NCBI GenBank assembly: GCA_963847855.1
Contig: CAWKBM010000002.1
Span: 42,500 to 106,499 of the forward strand
Source: an uncultured Acidimicrobiales bacterium
GTDB taxonomy: Bacteria; Actinomycetota; Acidimicrobiia; Acidimicrobiales; DATKAS01
Length of the DNA: 64,000 bases
Direction of reading: 5' to 3'
In this document: piece after piece, positions 1-13,053 of the stretch
Layout: each line of letters opens with the position of its first letter
How positions within the stretch are numbered: position 1 is the stretch's first letter
Position numbers and translations under genes: made by a program
The notes under the pieces: model-generated
Told to the model about the DNA's origin: nothing
The model's input: the letters and a program-made list of their open reading frames with translations, nothing else
Databases searched by the model: none

Positions 1-164
1 CGCCCGGTTCCCGCTCACGTGATGTCGACGGTACCGATGGGTCCTCAGTGGCGCTATGGGCCGTTCGGGCCAATCTCGGCGCGCATCGTGGCGTATCGTG
101 CAGTAGGTCGAACGGCCTAGGCCCCGGCAGGGCGTTCCGCGTGCGCCGGTATGCTCCCTGGACT

Positions 165-1553
165 GTGAAAGCCACTGTCGAGCCCCTCGAGGGCAACAAG
201 GTCAAGGTCTCGGTCGAGGTCGACGAGGACGAGTTCGAGAAAGCGATCGACGCCGCGTTCCGGAAGATCGCCCGCGAGGTCCGCATCCCCGGGTTCCGGC
301 CCGGGAAGGCGCCCCGGCGGATCCTCGAAGCGCGACTGGGCAAAGACGTCGCTCGCGAGGAGGCGCTGCAGGACGCCTTGCCCGAGTACTACGCCCGAGG
401 CCGTGCGCGAGAACGACGTCGACGTCATCGCCGCGCCCGAGATCGACATCACCGAGGGCCGAGGAAGAGGGCCCGTGGCGTTCGACGCCGTGGTCGAGGT
501 GCGGCCCACGGTCAGGGTGGGTGGCTACGACAGCCTGCGGGTCAGGATCCCCTCGCCGAGCCCGACCGAAGAAGAGATCGACGAGCAGATCGAGCGGTTG
601 CGCACGCAGTTCGGCGAGCTCGAGGTCGTCGAGCGGCCGGTGGCGACCGACGACTACGCCACTGTCGACATCGCCGGCTCGCAAGACGGCGAACCGCTCG
701 CCGGCCTCGACGCCGACGACTATCTCTACGAGGTCGGCAGCGGCGGCATCGTGCCGGAGCTCGACGAGCACCTCCTCGGAACGAAGCCCGGCGACATCCT
801 CGAGTTCGAGCGCCCGCACCCCGATCCCGAGGAAGAGCCGATCCACTTCCGTGTGCTCGTGAAGGAGGTGCAAGGAGCGCGAGCTTCCCGACCTCGACGA
901 TGAGTTCGCGAACGAGGCGACCGAGTTCGAGACGCTCGACGAGCTGCGAGCGACCTGGAGCAGCGCATGCGTCGTGCGAGGCGATGCAGGCGCAGATGGC
1001 GCTCCGCGAGAAGGTCGGCGACGCGCTGGCCGATCTCGTCGACGAAGAGATCCCGAAGCACTCGTCAACGGCGAGATGCAGGAGCGTCTGCAAGACCTCG
1101 CCATGCGACTGCAGGCGCAGGGCGTCGGCATCGAGCAGTACCTGGCTGCGGCCGGGCCGAGCCAAGAGGAGCTGGTCGATGAGCTGCGCGACGGCCGTCG
1201 CAGGCGGCCAAGGTCGATCTGGCACTGCGTGCCGTCGCCGAGGCCGAGTCGATCGAGGCCGACGAGGACGATCGGCCCAAGATCGAGCGCACGCGGGGCG
1301 CTCGAAGCAGAAGCCCGGCCAAGTCCAGGGCCATCGAGCGCGATGGTCAGATGCGGCGATACGCTCCGACATGCGCAAGCGCAAGGCGCTCGAGTGGTTG
1401 GTCGAGCACGTCGAGATCGTCGATCACGACGGGAAGGCCATCGACCGAGCCGACTCGTGCCCGAGCGCCGCCGAGGCCGGCATCCGCCGACGAAGCCGAG
1501 CTGACCGAGACCGGACACGACTGAAACCGACGGCGAAGGACACTGAACCGTGA
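165..1553 (+). CDS. tig: trigger factor; reading frame broken many times in this assembly
   Basis: GTG at 165 opens VKATVEPLEGNKVKVSVEV...IPGFRPGKAPRRILE, which carries the trigger-factor GFRxGxxP signature. The continuation ENDVDVIAAPEIDITEG...HFRVLVKEV lies in another frame (ORF 403..903). C-terminal pieces AMQAQMALREKVGDALADLVDEEIP, EALVNGEMQERLQDLAMRLQAQG and RKRKALEWLVEHVEIVDHDGK alternate between frames, so there are at least 5 frame changes. The true stop may be near 1523. Confidence 0.85.
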   Translation: MKATVEPLEGNKVKVSVEVDEDEFEKAIDAAFRKIAREVRIPGFRPGKAPRRILEARLGKDVAREEALQDALPEYYARGRARERRRRHRRARDRHHRGPRKRARGVRRRGRGAAHGQGGWLRQPAGQDPLAEPDRRRDRRADRAVAHAVRRARGRRAAGGDRRLRHCRHRRLARRRTARRPRRRRLSLRGRQRRHRAGARRAPPRNEARRHPRVRAPAPRSRGRADPLPCAREGGARSASFPTSTMSSRTRRPSSRRSTSCERPGAAHASCEAMQAQMALREKVGDALADLVDEEIPKHSSTARCRSVCKTSPCDCRRRASASSSTWLRPGRAKRSWSMSCATAVAGGQGRSGTACRRRGRVDRGRRGRSAQDRAHAGRSKQKPGQVQGHRARWSDAAIRSDMRKRKALEWLVEHVEIVDHDGKAIDRADSCPSAAEAGIRRRSRADRDRTRLKPTAKDTEP

Positions 1554-1562
1554 AGGACGCAG

Positions 1563-2205
1563 GTGAACGAACCCATCCGCAACTATCTCGTGCCCACCGT
1601 CATCGAGCAGACGAACCAGGGCGAGCGGGCCTACGACCTCTACTCCCGGCTCCTCAAGGAGAACATCATCTTCCTGGGCACGCCGATCGACGACACGATC
1701 GCGAACCTCGATCTGTGCGCAGCTGCTGCACCTCGAGTCGGAGAACCCCGACAAGGACATCAACCTCTACATCAACTCGCCCGGCGGCGACATCACGGCG
1801 CTCTTCGCGATCTACGACACGATGCAGTTCGTCAAGCCCGACATCTCCACGATCTGCTTCGGGCAGGCGGCCTCGGCCGCCGCGGTGCTGCTCGCCGCCG
1901 GCACGAAGGGCAAGCGCCTGGCCCTGCCGCACGCCCGCATCCTGCTGCACCAGCCCTACTCGCGGGCCGACGGCCAGGCCACCGACATCGAGCTCGCGGC
2001 CAAGGAGATCATGCGGCTCCGGGACCTCCTCGAGGAGATCCTGTCCCGCCACACGGGCCAGGAAGAGTCGAGGATCCACAACGACACCGACCGAGATTTC
2101 GTGATGTCCGCGGAGGAGGCCCGCGAATACGGCATCATCGACGAGGTCATCAGCGCCCGTGAGCTGGCCGACAACGCCGGCCCCATCGCGGCCGTCAAGG
2201 GCTAG
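1563..2205 (+). CDS. clpP: ATP-dependent Clp protease proteolytic subunit; one frameshift near 1712
   Basis: The N-terminus is [42 protein letters not shown] (ORF 1563..). After one extra base it continues as [30 protein letters not shown]...[27 protein letters not shown]...ILLHQP (ORF 1822..2205). Confidence 0.9.
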
Positions 2206-2237
2206 ACGAGTCCGAGCCGACGAGGGGAAGGGCGACG

Positions 2238-3514
2238 GTGGCGAAGTTCGGAGACGGGGGCGAGCTCCTCAAGTGCTCGTTCTGCGGCAAGTCGCAGAAG
2301 CAGGTCAAGAAGCTCATCGCGGGCCCCGGCGTCTACATCTGCGACGAGTGCATCGACCTCTGCAACGAGATCATCGAGGAGGAGCTCGCCGAGACCTCAG
2401 AGCTGCGGTTCGACGAGCTTCCCAAGCCCCGCGAGATCTACGAGTTCCTGAACGACTACATCATCGGCCAGGACCACGCCAAGAAGATCCTGTCGGTCGC
2501 CGTCTACAACCACTACAAGCGCGTGCAGTTCGGCGCCACCCACGACCGACGACGTCGAGCTGGCCAAGTCGAACATCCTGCTGATCGGCCCCACCGGCTG
2601 CGGCAAGACGTTGCTTGGCGCAGACGCTCGCCCGCATGCTGAACGTTCCGTTCGCCATCGCCGACGCCACCGCGCTCACCGAGGCGGGCTATGTCGGCGA
2701 AGACGTCGAGAACATCCTCCTCAAGCTGATCCAGGCCGCCGACTACGACGTCAAGAAGGCCGAGACCGGCATCATCTACATCGACGAGATCGACAAGATC
2801 GCCCGCAAGAGCGAGAACCCGTCGATCACGCGTGACGTCTCGGGTGAGGGTGTGCAACAGGCCCTGCTGAAGATCCTCGAGGGCACGACGGCCTCGGTGC
2901 CGCCCCAGGGCGGGCGCAAGCACCCGCACCAAGAGTTCATCCAGATCGACACCACGAACATCCTGTTCATCTGCGGCGGTGCGTTCGCCGGCATCGAGAA
3001 GATCATCGAGAGCCGCATCGGCAAGAAGGGCGTCGGCTTCGGCGCCGACATCCGCCTGGCGAGCGACCGTGACTCGCTCACGGTGCTCAACGAGGTGCTG
3101 CCCGAGGATCTCCTGAAGTTCGGCCTGATTCCCGAGTTCATCGGTCGGCTGCCGGTGATCGGCGCGGTCGCCAACCTCGACCAAGAAGCGCTCATCCGCA
3201 TCCTCATCGAGCCCAAGAACGCACTCGTCAAGCAGTACCGCAAGTTCTTCGAGTTCGAAGACGTCGAGCTCGAGTTCACCGACGACGCACTCGTCGCCGT
3301 CGCCGAGCAGGCGACTGCTGCGCGGCACGGGAGCCCGTGGGCTCCGCGCCATCCTCGAAGAGGTGCTGCTCAAGGTCATGTACGACCTGCCGAGTCGCAC
3401 CGACATCGGGAAGGTCGTGATCGACGGTCGACGGTGCTCGAGAAGGTCAACCCCACGCTCGTCCCGCGCTCCGAGACCCCCCGCCAGCAGCGCCCCCGTC
3501 GCGCCGCGTCCTAA
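2238..3514 (+). CDS. clpX: ATP-dependent Clp protease ATP-binding subunit ClpX; about 4 frameshifts
   Basis: Zinc finger [30 protein letters not shown], Walker A GPTGCGKT and Walker [11 protein letters not shown] are all present. The frame changes near 2547, 2612, 3312 and 3428. The segment [21 protein letters not shown] is in a third frame (ORF 3363..). Confidence 0.92.
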
Positions 3515-3534
3515 GGCCCGGCCCGGCCGACGGG

Positions 3535-4911
3535 ATGGATCTCCCTGCCGCGCTGCGGTATCTGGACGAGCACGTCAATCTCGAGACGGTCGTCGCTGAC
3601 CGACACTCACACCCCACCCTCGACCGGATGCAGCGTCTCATGCACGTGCTCGGCGACCCGCAGCACGCCGCTCCCGTCGTCCACATCACGGGCACGAACG
3701 GCAAGGGGTCGACCGCGCAGATCTCGACCCGACTGCTGGAAGCCCACGGCCTGACCGTCGGCACCTACACGAGCCCGCACCTGCAGAAGATCAACGAACG
3801 CATCGCGGTGAACGGCGAGCCGATCGCGGACGATGCCCTCGCCGATGCCATCGCCGGCGTGGCCGATGCCGAGGCACTGGCCGGAGTCGAGCCGTCGTAC
3901 TTCGAGATCCTCACTGCCGCTGCCTACCGATGGTTCGCCGACATCGCGGTCGACGTCGTCGTCGTCGAGGTGGGGCTGCTCGGTCGCTGGGATGCCACGA
4001 ACATCGCCGACGGACAGGTCGCTGTCGTCACGAACGTCGCGCTCGATCACACCGAGTACGCGGGGCCGACGCGCCTCGACATCGCTCGCGAGAAGGCGGG
4101 CATCGTGAAGCCGGGCGCGTCCCTCGTGCTCGGTGAGACCGACCCCGAGCTCACGCCCGTGTTCTTCGCGGAGCAGCCCGCCGAAGTGTTCCTGCGTGAT
4201 GTCGACTTCGCGTGCAACGACAACATCCTCGCGGTGGGTGGTCGCCTGCTCGAGCTGCGCACACCAGGAGCGTCGTATCCCGAGCTCTTCCTGCCGCTGC
4301 ACGGCGCGCACCAAGGCGACAACGCGGCGGCCGCTCTCACCGCGGTCGAGGCGTTCTTCGGCGGACCACTGTCACCTGAGCTCATCACGATCGGCTTCGA
4401 CAAGGTCGTCATGCCCGGCCGCTTCGAGATCGTCGGCCGGCATCCACTCGTGGTGCTCGACGGCGCGCACAACGCTGCGGGCGCGGACGTGGCCGCCTCC
4501 GTGGTCGACGAGGAATTCTCCGAAGTCTCCGAGCGCATCTACGTCATCGGACTGCTGCGCGGACGTGACCCGGTCGCGATGCTCGAAGCGCTCGACGCGG
4601 CGTCGGCGCGCCTCGTGATCGCGACGGCACCGGCGACGTCCCGCGCGATCCCCGCCGCCGAGATCGCTCGCGCCGCTGTGTCGCTCGACATCGATTGCAT
4701 CGTGGTTGACGGCGTCGCCGCCGCAGTGCAGCGGGCCATGGACGAAGCGCTGGTCGACGACCTCGTGCTCATCACCGGCTCGCTGTACGTCGTCGGCGAA
4801 GCGAGGGGCGCGCCTCGTCTGGTGAGGGGTCGCACCTGTACCCTCGCCCGCCATGGATCGCACACTGGTCATCGCGAAGCCCGACGCCGTCGAGCGTGGG
4901 CTCGTCGGTGA
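3535..4911 (+). CDS. folC: folylpolyglutamate synthase / dihydrofolate synthase
   Basis: Carries the Mur-ligase P-loop [11 protein letters not shown] and the tail [13 protein letters not shown]. The ORF reads 59 nt into ndk with an Arg-rich tail, so the real stop is probably near 4825 (for example ...RGARLVW-stop in the adjacent frame). Confidence 0.85.
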   Translation: MDLPAALRYLDEHVNLETVVADRHSHPTLDRMQRLMHVLGDPQHAAPVVHITGTNGKGSTAQISTRLLEAHGLTVGTYTSPHLQKINERIAVNGEPIADDALADAIAGVADAEALAGVEPSYFEILTAAAYRWFADIAVDVVVVEVGLLGRWDATNIADGQVAVVTNVALDHTEYAGPTRLDIAREKAGIVKPGASLVLGETDPELTPVFFAEQPAEVFLRDVDFACNDNILAVGGRLLELRTPGASYPELFLPLHGAHQGDNAAAALTAVEAFFGGPLSPELITIGFDKVVMPGRFEIVGRHPLVVLDGAHNAAGADVAASVVDEEFSEVSERIYVIGLLRGRDPVAMLEALDAASARLVIATAPATSRAIPAAEIARAAVSLDIDCIVVDGVAAAVQRAMDEALVDDLVLITGSLYVVGEARGAPRLVRGRTCTLARHGSHTGHREARRRRAWARR

Positions 4912-5260
4912 GATCGTGGGCCGGTTCGAACGCCGAGGCTTGAAGCTCGTGGCGCTCGACCTTCGCATGGTCGACCCCGAAATCGCCGCCCGGCACTACG
5001 CGGAGCACGAGGGCAAGCCCTTCTACCCGGACCTGATCTCGTTCATCACCCGGGGTCCGGTGGTCGCGATGGTGGTCGAGGGGCCGGAGGACACGTGGAA
5101 GGTCGTGCGCACCATGATGGGCGCGACGAATCCCCGCGAAGCGGCGCCAGGCACCATCCGGGGCGATCTCGGCATCCTGTTCACCGAGAACCTCATCCAC
5201 GGCAGCGACGGTCCGGAATCCGCCCAGCGCGAGATCGGCATCTTCTTCCCGAGCTCGTGA
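4853..5260 (+). CDS. ndk: nucleoside-diphosphate kinase
   Basis: The 135-aa product reads [35 protein letters not shown]...NLIHGSDG. Confidence 0.95.
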   Translation: MDRTLVIAKPDAVERGLVGEIVGRFERRGLKLVALDLRMVDPEIAARHYAEHEGKPFYPDLISFITRGPVVAMVVEGPEDTWKVVRTMMGATNPREAAPGTIRGDLGILFTENLIHGSDGPESAQREIGIFFPSS

Positions 5261-5280
5261 ACGGTAGGCTCGCCTCAGTC

Positions 5281-6321
<1,041 letters not shown>

Positions 6322-6331
6322 GGCGTCGGAG

Positions 6332-7165
6332 ATGGTGGCCAACTCACGACGCACCGGACGCAACCGGTACACGCTGCCAATCCTCATCCTGATCGCGATC
6401 ACGATCATCACCCTCGACTACCGCGGCGTCGGCTTCATCGACTCCGCCCGCAACACCTCCATTGACGCGGTTGCCCCGGTGACGAACGCCCTGAAGCGGG
6501 TGTTCCACCCCGCCACGAACGTCTGGAACGGCATCTTCCGCTACGACCAGGTCACGAAGGAGAACGAGCGGCTGAGGACCGAGCTCGACGATGCCCGGGG
6601 CTCGACCCTTGCGGCCGTTGACGCCGAGCGCCAGCGCCAGGAGCTGCTGTCGCTGCTCAACCTCGACTACCTGGGCAACGTCCCCACTGTCGCGGCGAGG
6701 GTGGTCTCGGGCGCGCCGTCGAACTTCGATGCGACGATCGAGATCGACCGCGGATCACGCGCGGGCATCAAGGTCGGCATGCCGGTCGTGACCGGCGCCG
6801 GCCTCGTCGGCAACGTCGTGCGAGTCACCGGGCAACGCTCGGTCGTGCGACTCGTCACCGACCCGACGTTCGCGGTGGGGGTCTCGGTGCCGACGGCTGA
6901 GGACGACGGCATCGCGAAGGGAAAGGGCCCGGACCGGCCGATGGGACTCGACCTCATCGACGCGGGAAGCAAGGTCGCGGTCGGCAGTGTGGTGATCACG
7001 AGCGGGCTCGAGGGAAGCCTCTATCCGGCGGGCATCCCGGTTGGTGTCGTGCGCAGCGTGCGGCACCCCGCGGGCGCGTTGCAGCTCGACATCACTGTCG
7101 ATCCCGCCGCGGACCTCGACCACATGAGCTTCGTGAAGGTCGTGCAGTGGGAGCCGACCCCGTGA
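6332..7165 (+). CDS. mreC: rod shape-determining protein MreC
   Basis: Has an N-terminal TM segment, the coiled coil QVTKENERLRTELDDA, then GMPVVTGAGLVGNVVRVTGQRSVVRLVTDP. It sits directly after mreB. Confidence 0.88.
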   Translation: MVANSRRTGRNRYTLPILILIAITIITLDYRGVGFIDSARNTSIDAVAPVTNALKRVFHPATNVWNGIFRYDQVTKENERLRTELDDARGSTLAAVDAERQRQELLSLLNLDYLGNVPTVAARVVSGAPSNFDATIEIDRGSRAGIKVGMPVVTGAGLVGNVVRVTGQRSVVRLVTDPTFAVGVSVPTAEDDGIAKGKGPDRPMGLDLIDAGSKVAVGSVVITSGLEGSLYPAGIPVGVVRSVRHPAGALQLDITVDPAADLDHMSFVKVVQWEPTP

Positions 7166-7187
7166 GCTCCGCGAGGAACACGAGCTG

Positions 7188-7700
7188 ATGGCCCGTCCGC
7201 TGGTGCGGCTCATGGCCGTGATCGTCGTGGCGTTGCTCTTGCAGCTCGCGCTCATCTCGGAGATGCACGTGTTCACCGCGACCGGTGACATCCTGCTTCT
7301 GCTCACCATCTGTGCCGGCATCGCGGCGGGACCCGAGCGGGGCGCACTGACCGGGTTCATGGCTGGCCTCGCGTTCGATCTCGTGCTGCAGACCCCTTTC
7401 GGGTTGTCGGCGCTCGCCTACTGCATCGTCGGCTACGTCGTTGGGCGCGCGCAGACGGGCATCTTGCGGACTGTGTGGTGGGTGCCAATGGCGACAGCTG
7501 CGATCGCGAGTGCCGCGGGCGTGGTGCTGTTCGTAGTGCTCGAGGCGATCCTCGGCGACACGCACGTCTTCGATCGCCGGCTGCTCGCTGTCGTGGCGGT
7601 GGTCTCGGTCCTGAACGCGCTGTTGGCACCACCGGTGATCAGGGTGCTGCGCTGGGTGTTCGCTGAGGATGCGCTGCACCAGACCCGTGCGTGGCGTTGA
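7188..7700 (+). CDS. mreD: rod shape-determining protein MreD (polytopic membrane protein)
   Basis: A 170-aa hydrophobic protein in the canonical position after mreC. Confidence 0.75.
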   Translation: MARPLVRLMAVIVVALLLQLALISEMHVFTATGDILLLLTICAGIAAGPERGALTGFMAGLAFDLVLQTPFGLSALAYCIVGYVVGRAQTGILRTVWWVPMATAAIASAAGVVLFVVLEAILGDTHVFDRRLLAVVAVVSVLNALLAPPVIRVLRWVFAEDALHQTRAWR

Positions 7701-7806
7701 CCGCGGTGCAGTGACTATCCCGTAGCGATCCCACAAGGCAGAATCTAAGGATGCTGTTGGGCGGAGGAACCCAGCCGCGCGCAAGCGCGGCCTGGGCGGG
7801 AACCGC

Positions 7807-9824
7807 ATGACGAGCGATTCACCCCATCTTCGGATGGGGGTGCTGGGCGTCGTCGCCATCAGCCTCTTCGCTGCGCTGTTCTCACGGCTGTGGTTCTTGC
7901 AGGTGATGTCCGCGCCGACCTTCGCCGTCGCGGCGCAGACGAATCGCGAGCGAGTCGTCGCGATCCCGCCCGTGCGGGGTCGCATCCTCGACAGCCAAGG
8001 TCGGGTGCTCGCCGACAACCGACTGTCGGATGTGGTGACGGTCGACCGCAAAGAAGTCGCGAACGAGCACCGAGCGCGACATCTTGCTCGCGAAGCTCGC
8101 GACGGTGCTCAGCGTCCCTGTCGACTCGTTGCACGCTCGAGTCGACGACAAGAGGTACTCGCCCCTACTGCCCATCCCGTTGGCCGAAGACGTGCCCGAG
8201 GCCACCGTGATGCGCATCGCAGAGCAGCAGGACGACTTCCCCGGCGTCGAGGCGAAGGAGGTCGCGCTGCGCGTGTACCCGTTCGGCTCTCGCGCCGCGC
8301 ACGTGCTGGGTTACGTCGGCGCGATCAACGACACCGAGTACGCGTCTCTGAAGGGCGACGGCTACACGCTCGAGGACCAAGTGGGGAAGGACGGCGTCGA
8401 GAAGATCTTCGAGAAGGACCTCCGCGGCACGCCCGGCTCCATCACCCTCGAGGTCGACTCGGCCGGGCGCGTGCTGCGTGAGCTCTCCCGTACCGATGCG
8501 ATCCCCGGTCGCGACGTGCAGCTGACGATCGACCTGAGCCTGCAGGCACTCGCGGAAGACGCGCTTGCGAAGGAATTGCTCAACGCTCGGACGCACACAC
8601 CCAAGGACAACCCCAATCACTTCGCAGCGCCGGCCGGATCGGTCGTCGTGCTCGATCCGACCAACGGCTCGGTCGTCGCGATGGCCTCCTATCCGACTTT
8701 CGACCCACGCCGAGTTCGTCGGAGGCATCGATCCCGATCGCTACAAGTCCCTGCTCGACCCCGCCAACAACTACCCGCTCACCAACCGCGCGATCGCCGG
8801 CCAGTACGCGCCGGGCTCGACGTTCAAGATGATCACCGCTACGGCGGGTCTTGCGGCAGGCATCATCTCGTCCGGGACGAGGTTCCTCGACGTCGGGCGC
8901 TACACCGTGCCTGACTGCAAGGGCGAGAAGTGCACCTTCAGCAACGCCGGAGGAGAGCAAAACGGGTGGGTCACGATGCCCACAGCTCTCGCGGCCTCGA
9001 GTGACGTCTACTTCTATTCGATTGGCGCCGACCTCTGGCGCTTCCGCGATCAGCACAACCTGGCCATTCAGGGGGCTGCGACATCGTACGGCTTCGGTGC
9101 CGAGACGGGCGTGCCGCTGCCAGGCGAGCAGGAGGGGCGAGTGCCCACCCCCGACCAGAAGCAGGCTGCGCACGACGAGAACCCGACCGCGTTCCCGTTC
9201 GGCCAGTGGTTCACCGGCGACAACGTGAACCTCGCCGTGGGCCAGGGGGAGATGCTCTCGACTCCGCTGCAGCTCGCGAACGCCTACGCCGCGTTCGCGA
9301 ACGGAGGAACGGTGTTCTCGCCGAACATCGCGAGCCGCATCCTCGACCCCACGACCGGGGACGACACCGACCCTCGCATCGACAGGGAGATAGGCCCACG
9401 GGTGCTTCGTACCATCCCGCTCACGAGCGCCATCCGCGATCCGATCTTGGCCGGACTCATCGGCGCCGTGAGCTCACCCCGCGGAACGGCCGCGCCGGCG
9501 TTCTCCGGCTTCCCGCTCAGCCAATATCCGCTCGCCGGGAAGACCGGCACCGCGCAGACCGCAGGCAAGCAAGCGCAGTTCGACACGTCGCTCTTCGTCG
9601 GGTTCGGACCAGTCGGGTCGCCGAAGTACGTCGTCGCGGCCGTGCTCGAGCAATCCGGCTTCGGCGCACAGGCTGCCGCGCCGGTGGTGCGGCGGATGTT
9701 CGAGAGCCTTGCAGGGTTCACCCCGCTGCCCGAGGTGCAGCCGGCACCACCGATCGGCGTCGTCGCACCGCTCGTCGTCACCGGTCTCGTCGACAATCCC
9801 ACCGCAGGATCGGCGATCGACTGA
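7807..9824 (+). CDS. mrdA: penicillin-binding protein 2 (elongasome transpeptidase); 2 frameshifts
   Basis: Three ORF pieces (7807.., 8084.., 8565..9824) join into one PBP2: FSRLWFLQVM...RGRILDSQGRVLADN, VYPFGSRAAHVLGYVG, SVVVLDPTNGSVVAMASYPTFDP, and the active-site SxxK in APGSTFKM. Frame breaks lie near 8068 and 8708. Confidence 0.9.
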
Positions 9825-10973
9825 TGGCCCTCTCCGACACCCTCAACCGCCGCACGCTCGGGTCTCTTCACGAAGACCCCGCGTCGCCGCGCAAGCACAT
9901 CGACGTCGGCCTGCTCGTCGTCACCGGGCTGCTCAGCCTCCTCGGGTTGGCGCTCATCTACAGCGCACGACATCGAAGGCTCACCGATGAAGGGCTCGAT
10001 CCCTTCTACTACGTGAAGCGCCAGAGCTTCGCCTTGTTCTTCGGCGGCATCGCGCTGGTCGTGGTGGCCTCGATCGACTACCGCAAGCTGCGGGAGTGGG
10101 CGGGTTACTTGTTCCTCGCGAGCAGCGCCGTGCTGCTGCTGGTCGTGTCGCCCGTCGGCTCGCGATCGAACGGAAGCCAAGCCTGGTTCCAGGTCGGGTC
10201 GTTCCAGCTGCAACCGTCCGAGTTCGCGAAGATCACCTTGATCGTCGCGCTCGCTGCATTCGCGGCGTCGGCGAACGGTCACCTCGATCGCCGTCGGCTC
10301 GGCGTCGCACTGGGTCTCGCGTTGATCCCCGCAGGACTCATCATGTTGCAGCCTGACCTCGGAAGCGCGCTCGTCATCGCGGCGATCACGATGGGCACCC
10401 TCCTCGTCGCGGGCGCCAAACCGCGACACATCGTGATCCTGACGCTGCTGGGGTTGGTGAGCGTCGCCGCGATCCTCCAGACCGACACCTTGAAGCAGTA
10501 CCAGCGCGACCGCCTCACCGCGTTCGTCAACCAGGACGGTGCGCCGGCGTACCAGCAGACGCAGTCGAAGATCGCCTTCGGGGCCGGTGGGATCACCGGT
10601 CAGGGGTACCTCAAGGGCACCCAGACCAACCTCTCCTACGTGCCCGAGCAGCACACCGACTTCATCTTCACGGTCGCGGGGGAGGAGCTCGGCTTCATCG
10701 GCACTGGCCTCATCCTCTTCCTGTACGCCGTGCTCGCGTGGCGGATCTGGAGGATTGGCACCCTGTCGCGCGACCTCTTCGGCATGTTGGTCTGCGCGGG
10801 GGCGCTGTCGATGCTTGTCTTCCAGGTGTTCGAGAACATCGGGATGACGACGGGGATCATGCCCATCACGGGCATCCCGCTGCCCCTTGCTCTCGTACGG
10901 CGGATCCTCGACGTTGGCGTTCCTGGTGCTCGTCGGCCTCGTCGAGAGCGTGCACATGCACCGTTTTGTCTAA
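9824..10973 (+). CDS. rodA: SEDS-family peptidoglycan polymerase RodA; one frameshift near 10889
   Basis: ATG 9824 overlaps the pbp2 stop (TGATG). The product reads MALSDTLNRRTL...FQLQPSEFAKITLIVALAAF...FIFTVAGEELGFIG...GIPLPL. The expected tail SYGGSSTLAFLVLVGLVESVHMHRFV-stop (TAA at 10971) is in the next frame. Confidence 0.9.
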
Positions 10974-11102
10974 GCCGCCGCGCGGCTCGGCCTCGCTTGT
11001 GCTCGACGATCGGTGCTAGAGCGCAACCGGGCGGAGCATGGCGCCACCGTCGTGGACGGCTCCTGCTCCTGACGGGCACGCCCCGGTAGGCTGGTTGTCC
11101 AC

Positions 11103-13053
11103 ATGAGCTCACTCTGGCCACGGCTCGAGCCTCTCCTGGCCAAGGTGCAGAAACCGGCTCGCTACATCGGAGGCGAAGACGGCGCCCTGACCCCCGACCA
11201 CGACGCGGGCAAGGTGGGGTGGCTTCTCGTCTATCCCGATGCCTACGAGATCGGGCTGCCCAACCAGGGGCTCCAGATCCTGTACGAGATCCTCAACGAG
11301 CGCGGCGACGCGGTGGCCGAACGCGCGTACGCACCGTGGCTCGATCTCGAGGCTCTCATGCGCAGCCACCGGTTGCCGCTGTTCTCCGTCGACACCCACC
11401 GGCCCGCCGCGGAGTTCGACCTGATCGCGTTCAACCTGTCGGCCGAGCTCGTCTACACGAACGTCCTCAACTGCATCGACCTCGCCGGTGTGCCGGTGCG
11501 TGCCGATCAGCGCGGTCCCGATGACCCCTTGATCGGCGCGGGTGGGCATTGCACCTACAACCCGGAGCCCCTGGCTGACTTCGTCGACTTCTTCGCGATC
11601 GGCGACGGCGAGGAAGTGGTGTCCGAGATCACCGAGGTCGTGCGGGCATGGAAGGCGAGCGGGCGCACAACCGGGTCGCGCGAACGGGTGCTCCACGAGC
11701 TCGCGCACGATCCCAGGCGTGTACGTGCCTTCGATGTACGACGTCGAGTACGACGGTGAGCGGCTCGCGTCCGTCACGCCGCGCTATGCCGACGTGCCCG
11801 AGGCCGTCGTCAAGCGCACCATCGCCGACCTCGCGGACTGGCCGTACCCGCGCAACCAGCTCGTGCCGCTCACCGAGGTCGTGCATGATCGGCTGAACGT
11901 CGAAGTGTTCCGCGGCTGCACCCGCGGGTGCCGTTTCTGCCAAGCGGGGATGATCACTCGGCCCGTGCGCGAACGGCCCGAGGCGCAGGTGCGCACGATG
12001 GTCTCGGAAGGTCTGCGGCGCACGGGTTACGACGAGGTGAGCCTCACCTCGCTCTCGACCGCGGACTTCAGTGGCGTCGAAGGCGTCGTTGCTGACGTCG
12101 TGCGCGACCCAGTGAACCGCGGCCAGGTCTCGGTGTCGTTGCCCAGCTTGCGGGTCGATGCGTTCACTGTGGGCATCGCGGCGACGGTCGGATCGGCGCG
12201 GCGCACCGGCCTCACGTTCGCGCCCGAGGCGGGATCGTGGCGGCTGCGCACCGTCATCAACAAGCTCATCACCGAGGACGATCTGTACGGCGCAGTCGAG
12301 TCGGCGTACTCGCAGGGCTGGACGCGGATGAAGCTCTACTTCCTCACTGGTCTCCCGACCGAGCAGGACAGCGACACGCTCGGCATCGGCGAGCTGGCGA
12401 AGGAGTGCGTCGCCATCGGCAAGCGCTACACGCAGCGTGCGTCGGTGACGGTGTCGCTGGGCGGTTTCGTGCCCAAGCCGCACACGCCCTTCCAGTGGTT
12501 CGGGCAGAACACGACCGAGGAGCTGACCCGCAAGGTCCACATGCTGCGCGACGCCACACGGTCGGTGCGCGGCGTGCAGCTGAAGTGGCACGACCCGCGT
12601 GCAGCGCTCGCGGAGGGCATCGCGAGCCGTGGCGACCGGCGCATCGGTGCGGTGATCGAGCACGTGTGGCGCGCCGGGGGCACGTTCCAGGAGTGGTCCG
12701 AGTGCTTCGACGTGCGTCGATGGCACGAAGCGATGGCGGCATGCGGACTCTCGATCGACTGGTACGTCCACCGGCACCGCACGGAAGACGAGCTGTTGCC
12801 GTGGGCTCACGTGACCGCGGGCCTGCACTCCGACTTCCTCTGGCACGACTGGCAAGCGGCGCTCGCGGAGTCCGGAGTCGAGGATTGCCGCTGGACGCCG
12901 TGTTACGACTGTGGGGTGTGCACGGGTTACGGCATCGAGCATGTCGTGGCGTCACCGACCCCGCCGGCCGGTGGAAGTCAGGGCACTGGCCAGGATCGAT
13001 CGGTCGGTGGTCACCGCCATGCACCGCTGATCCCCGTGCGGGCGGCATCATGA
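11103..13053 (+). CDS. B12-binding-domain radical SAM protein (TIGR03960-like); one frameshift near 11710
   Basis: Contains KPARYIGGE, LVYPDAYEIGLPNQGLQILY and the CxxxCxxC cluster motif in FRGCTRGCRFCQAGMITRPVRER. The pieces are ORFs 11103..11759 and 11542..13053. Confidence 0.85.

Noticed and set aside
202-1518. Long antisense or alternative-frame ORFs throughout the window. Examples: 202..1518(-), 9284..10957(-), 18763..20307(-), 22314..24161(-), 25774..27111(+), 33827..35080(-), 41809..44274(+), 55721..56986(-), 60637..61617(-).
   Set aside because: They are Arg/Pro/Gly/Ala-rich shadow ORFs opposite or overlapping genes with clear family signatures. This is the expected artefact of very high GC content and does not indicate coding.
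4800-4911. The 59-nt overlap of folC with ndk considered as a possible programmed feature or a missing DUF4233-type gene.
   Set aside because: The overlapping tail is Arg-rich and non-homologous, and a stop is available at about 4823 in the adjacent frame. Given the indel load, this is most simply another frame error.
9206-9823. N-terminal extensions of the listed ORFs 9206..11089, 12237..13793, 5095..6321, 54735..55694 and 31896..32678.
   Set aside because: The extensions overlap the 3' ends of the upstream genes in another frame and are Arg-rich nonsense. Internal starts with ATGA/GTGA/TGATG stop-start overlaps give proteins that begin where the family homology begins.
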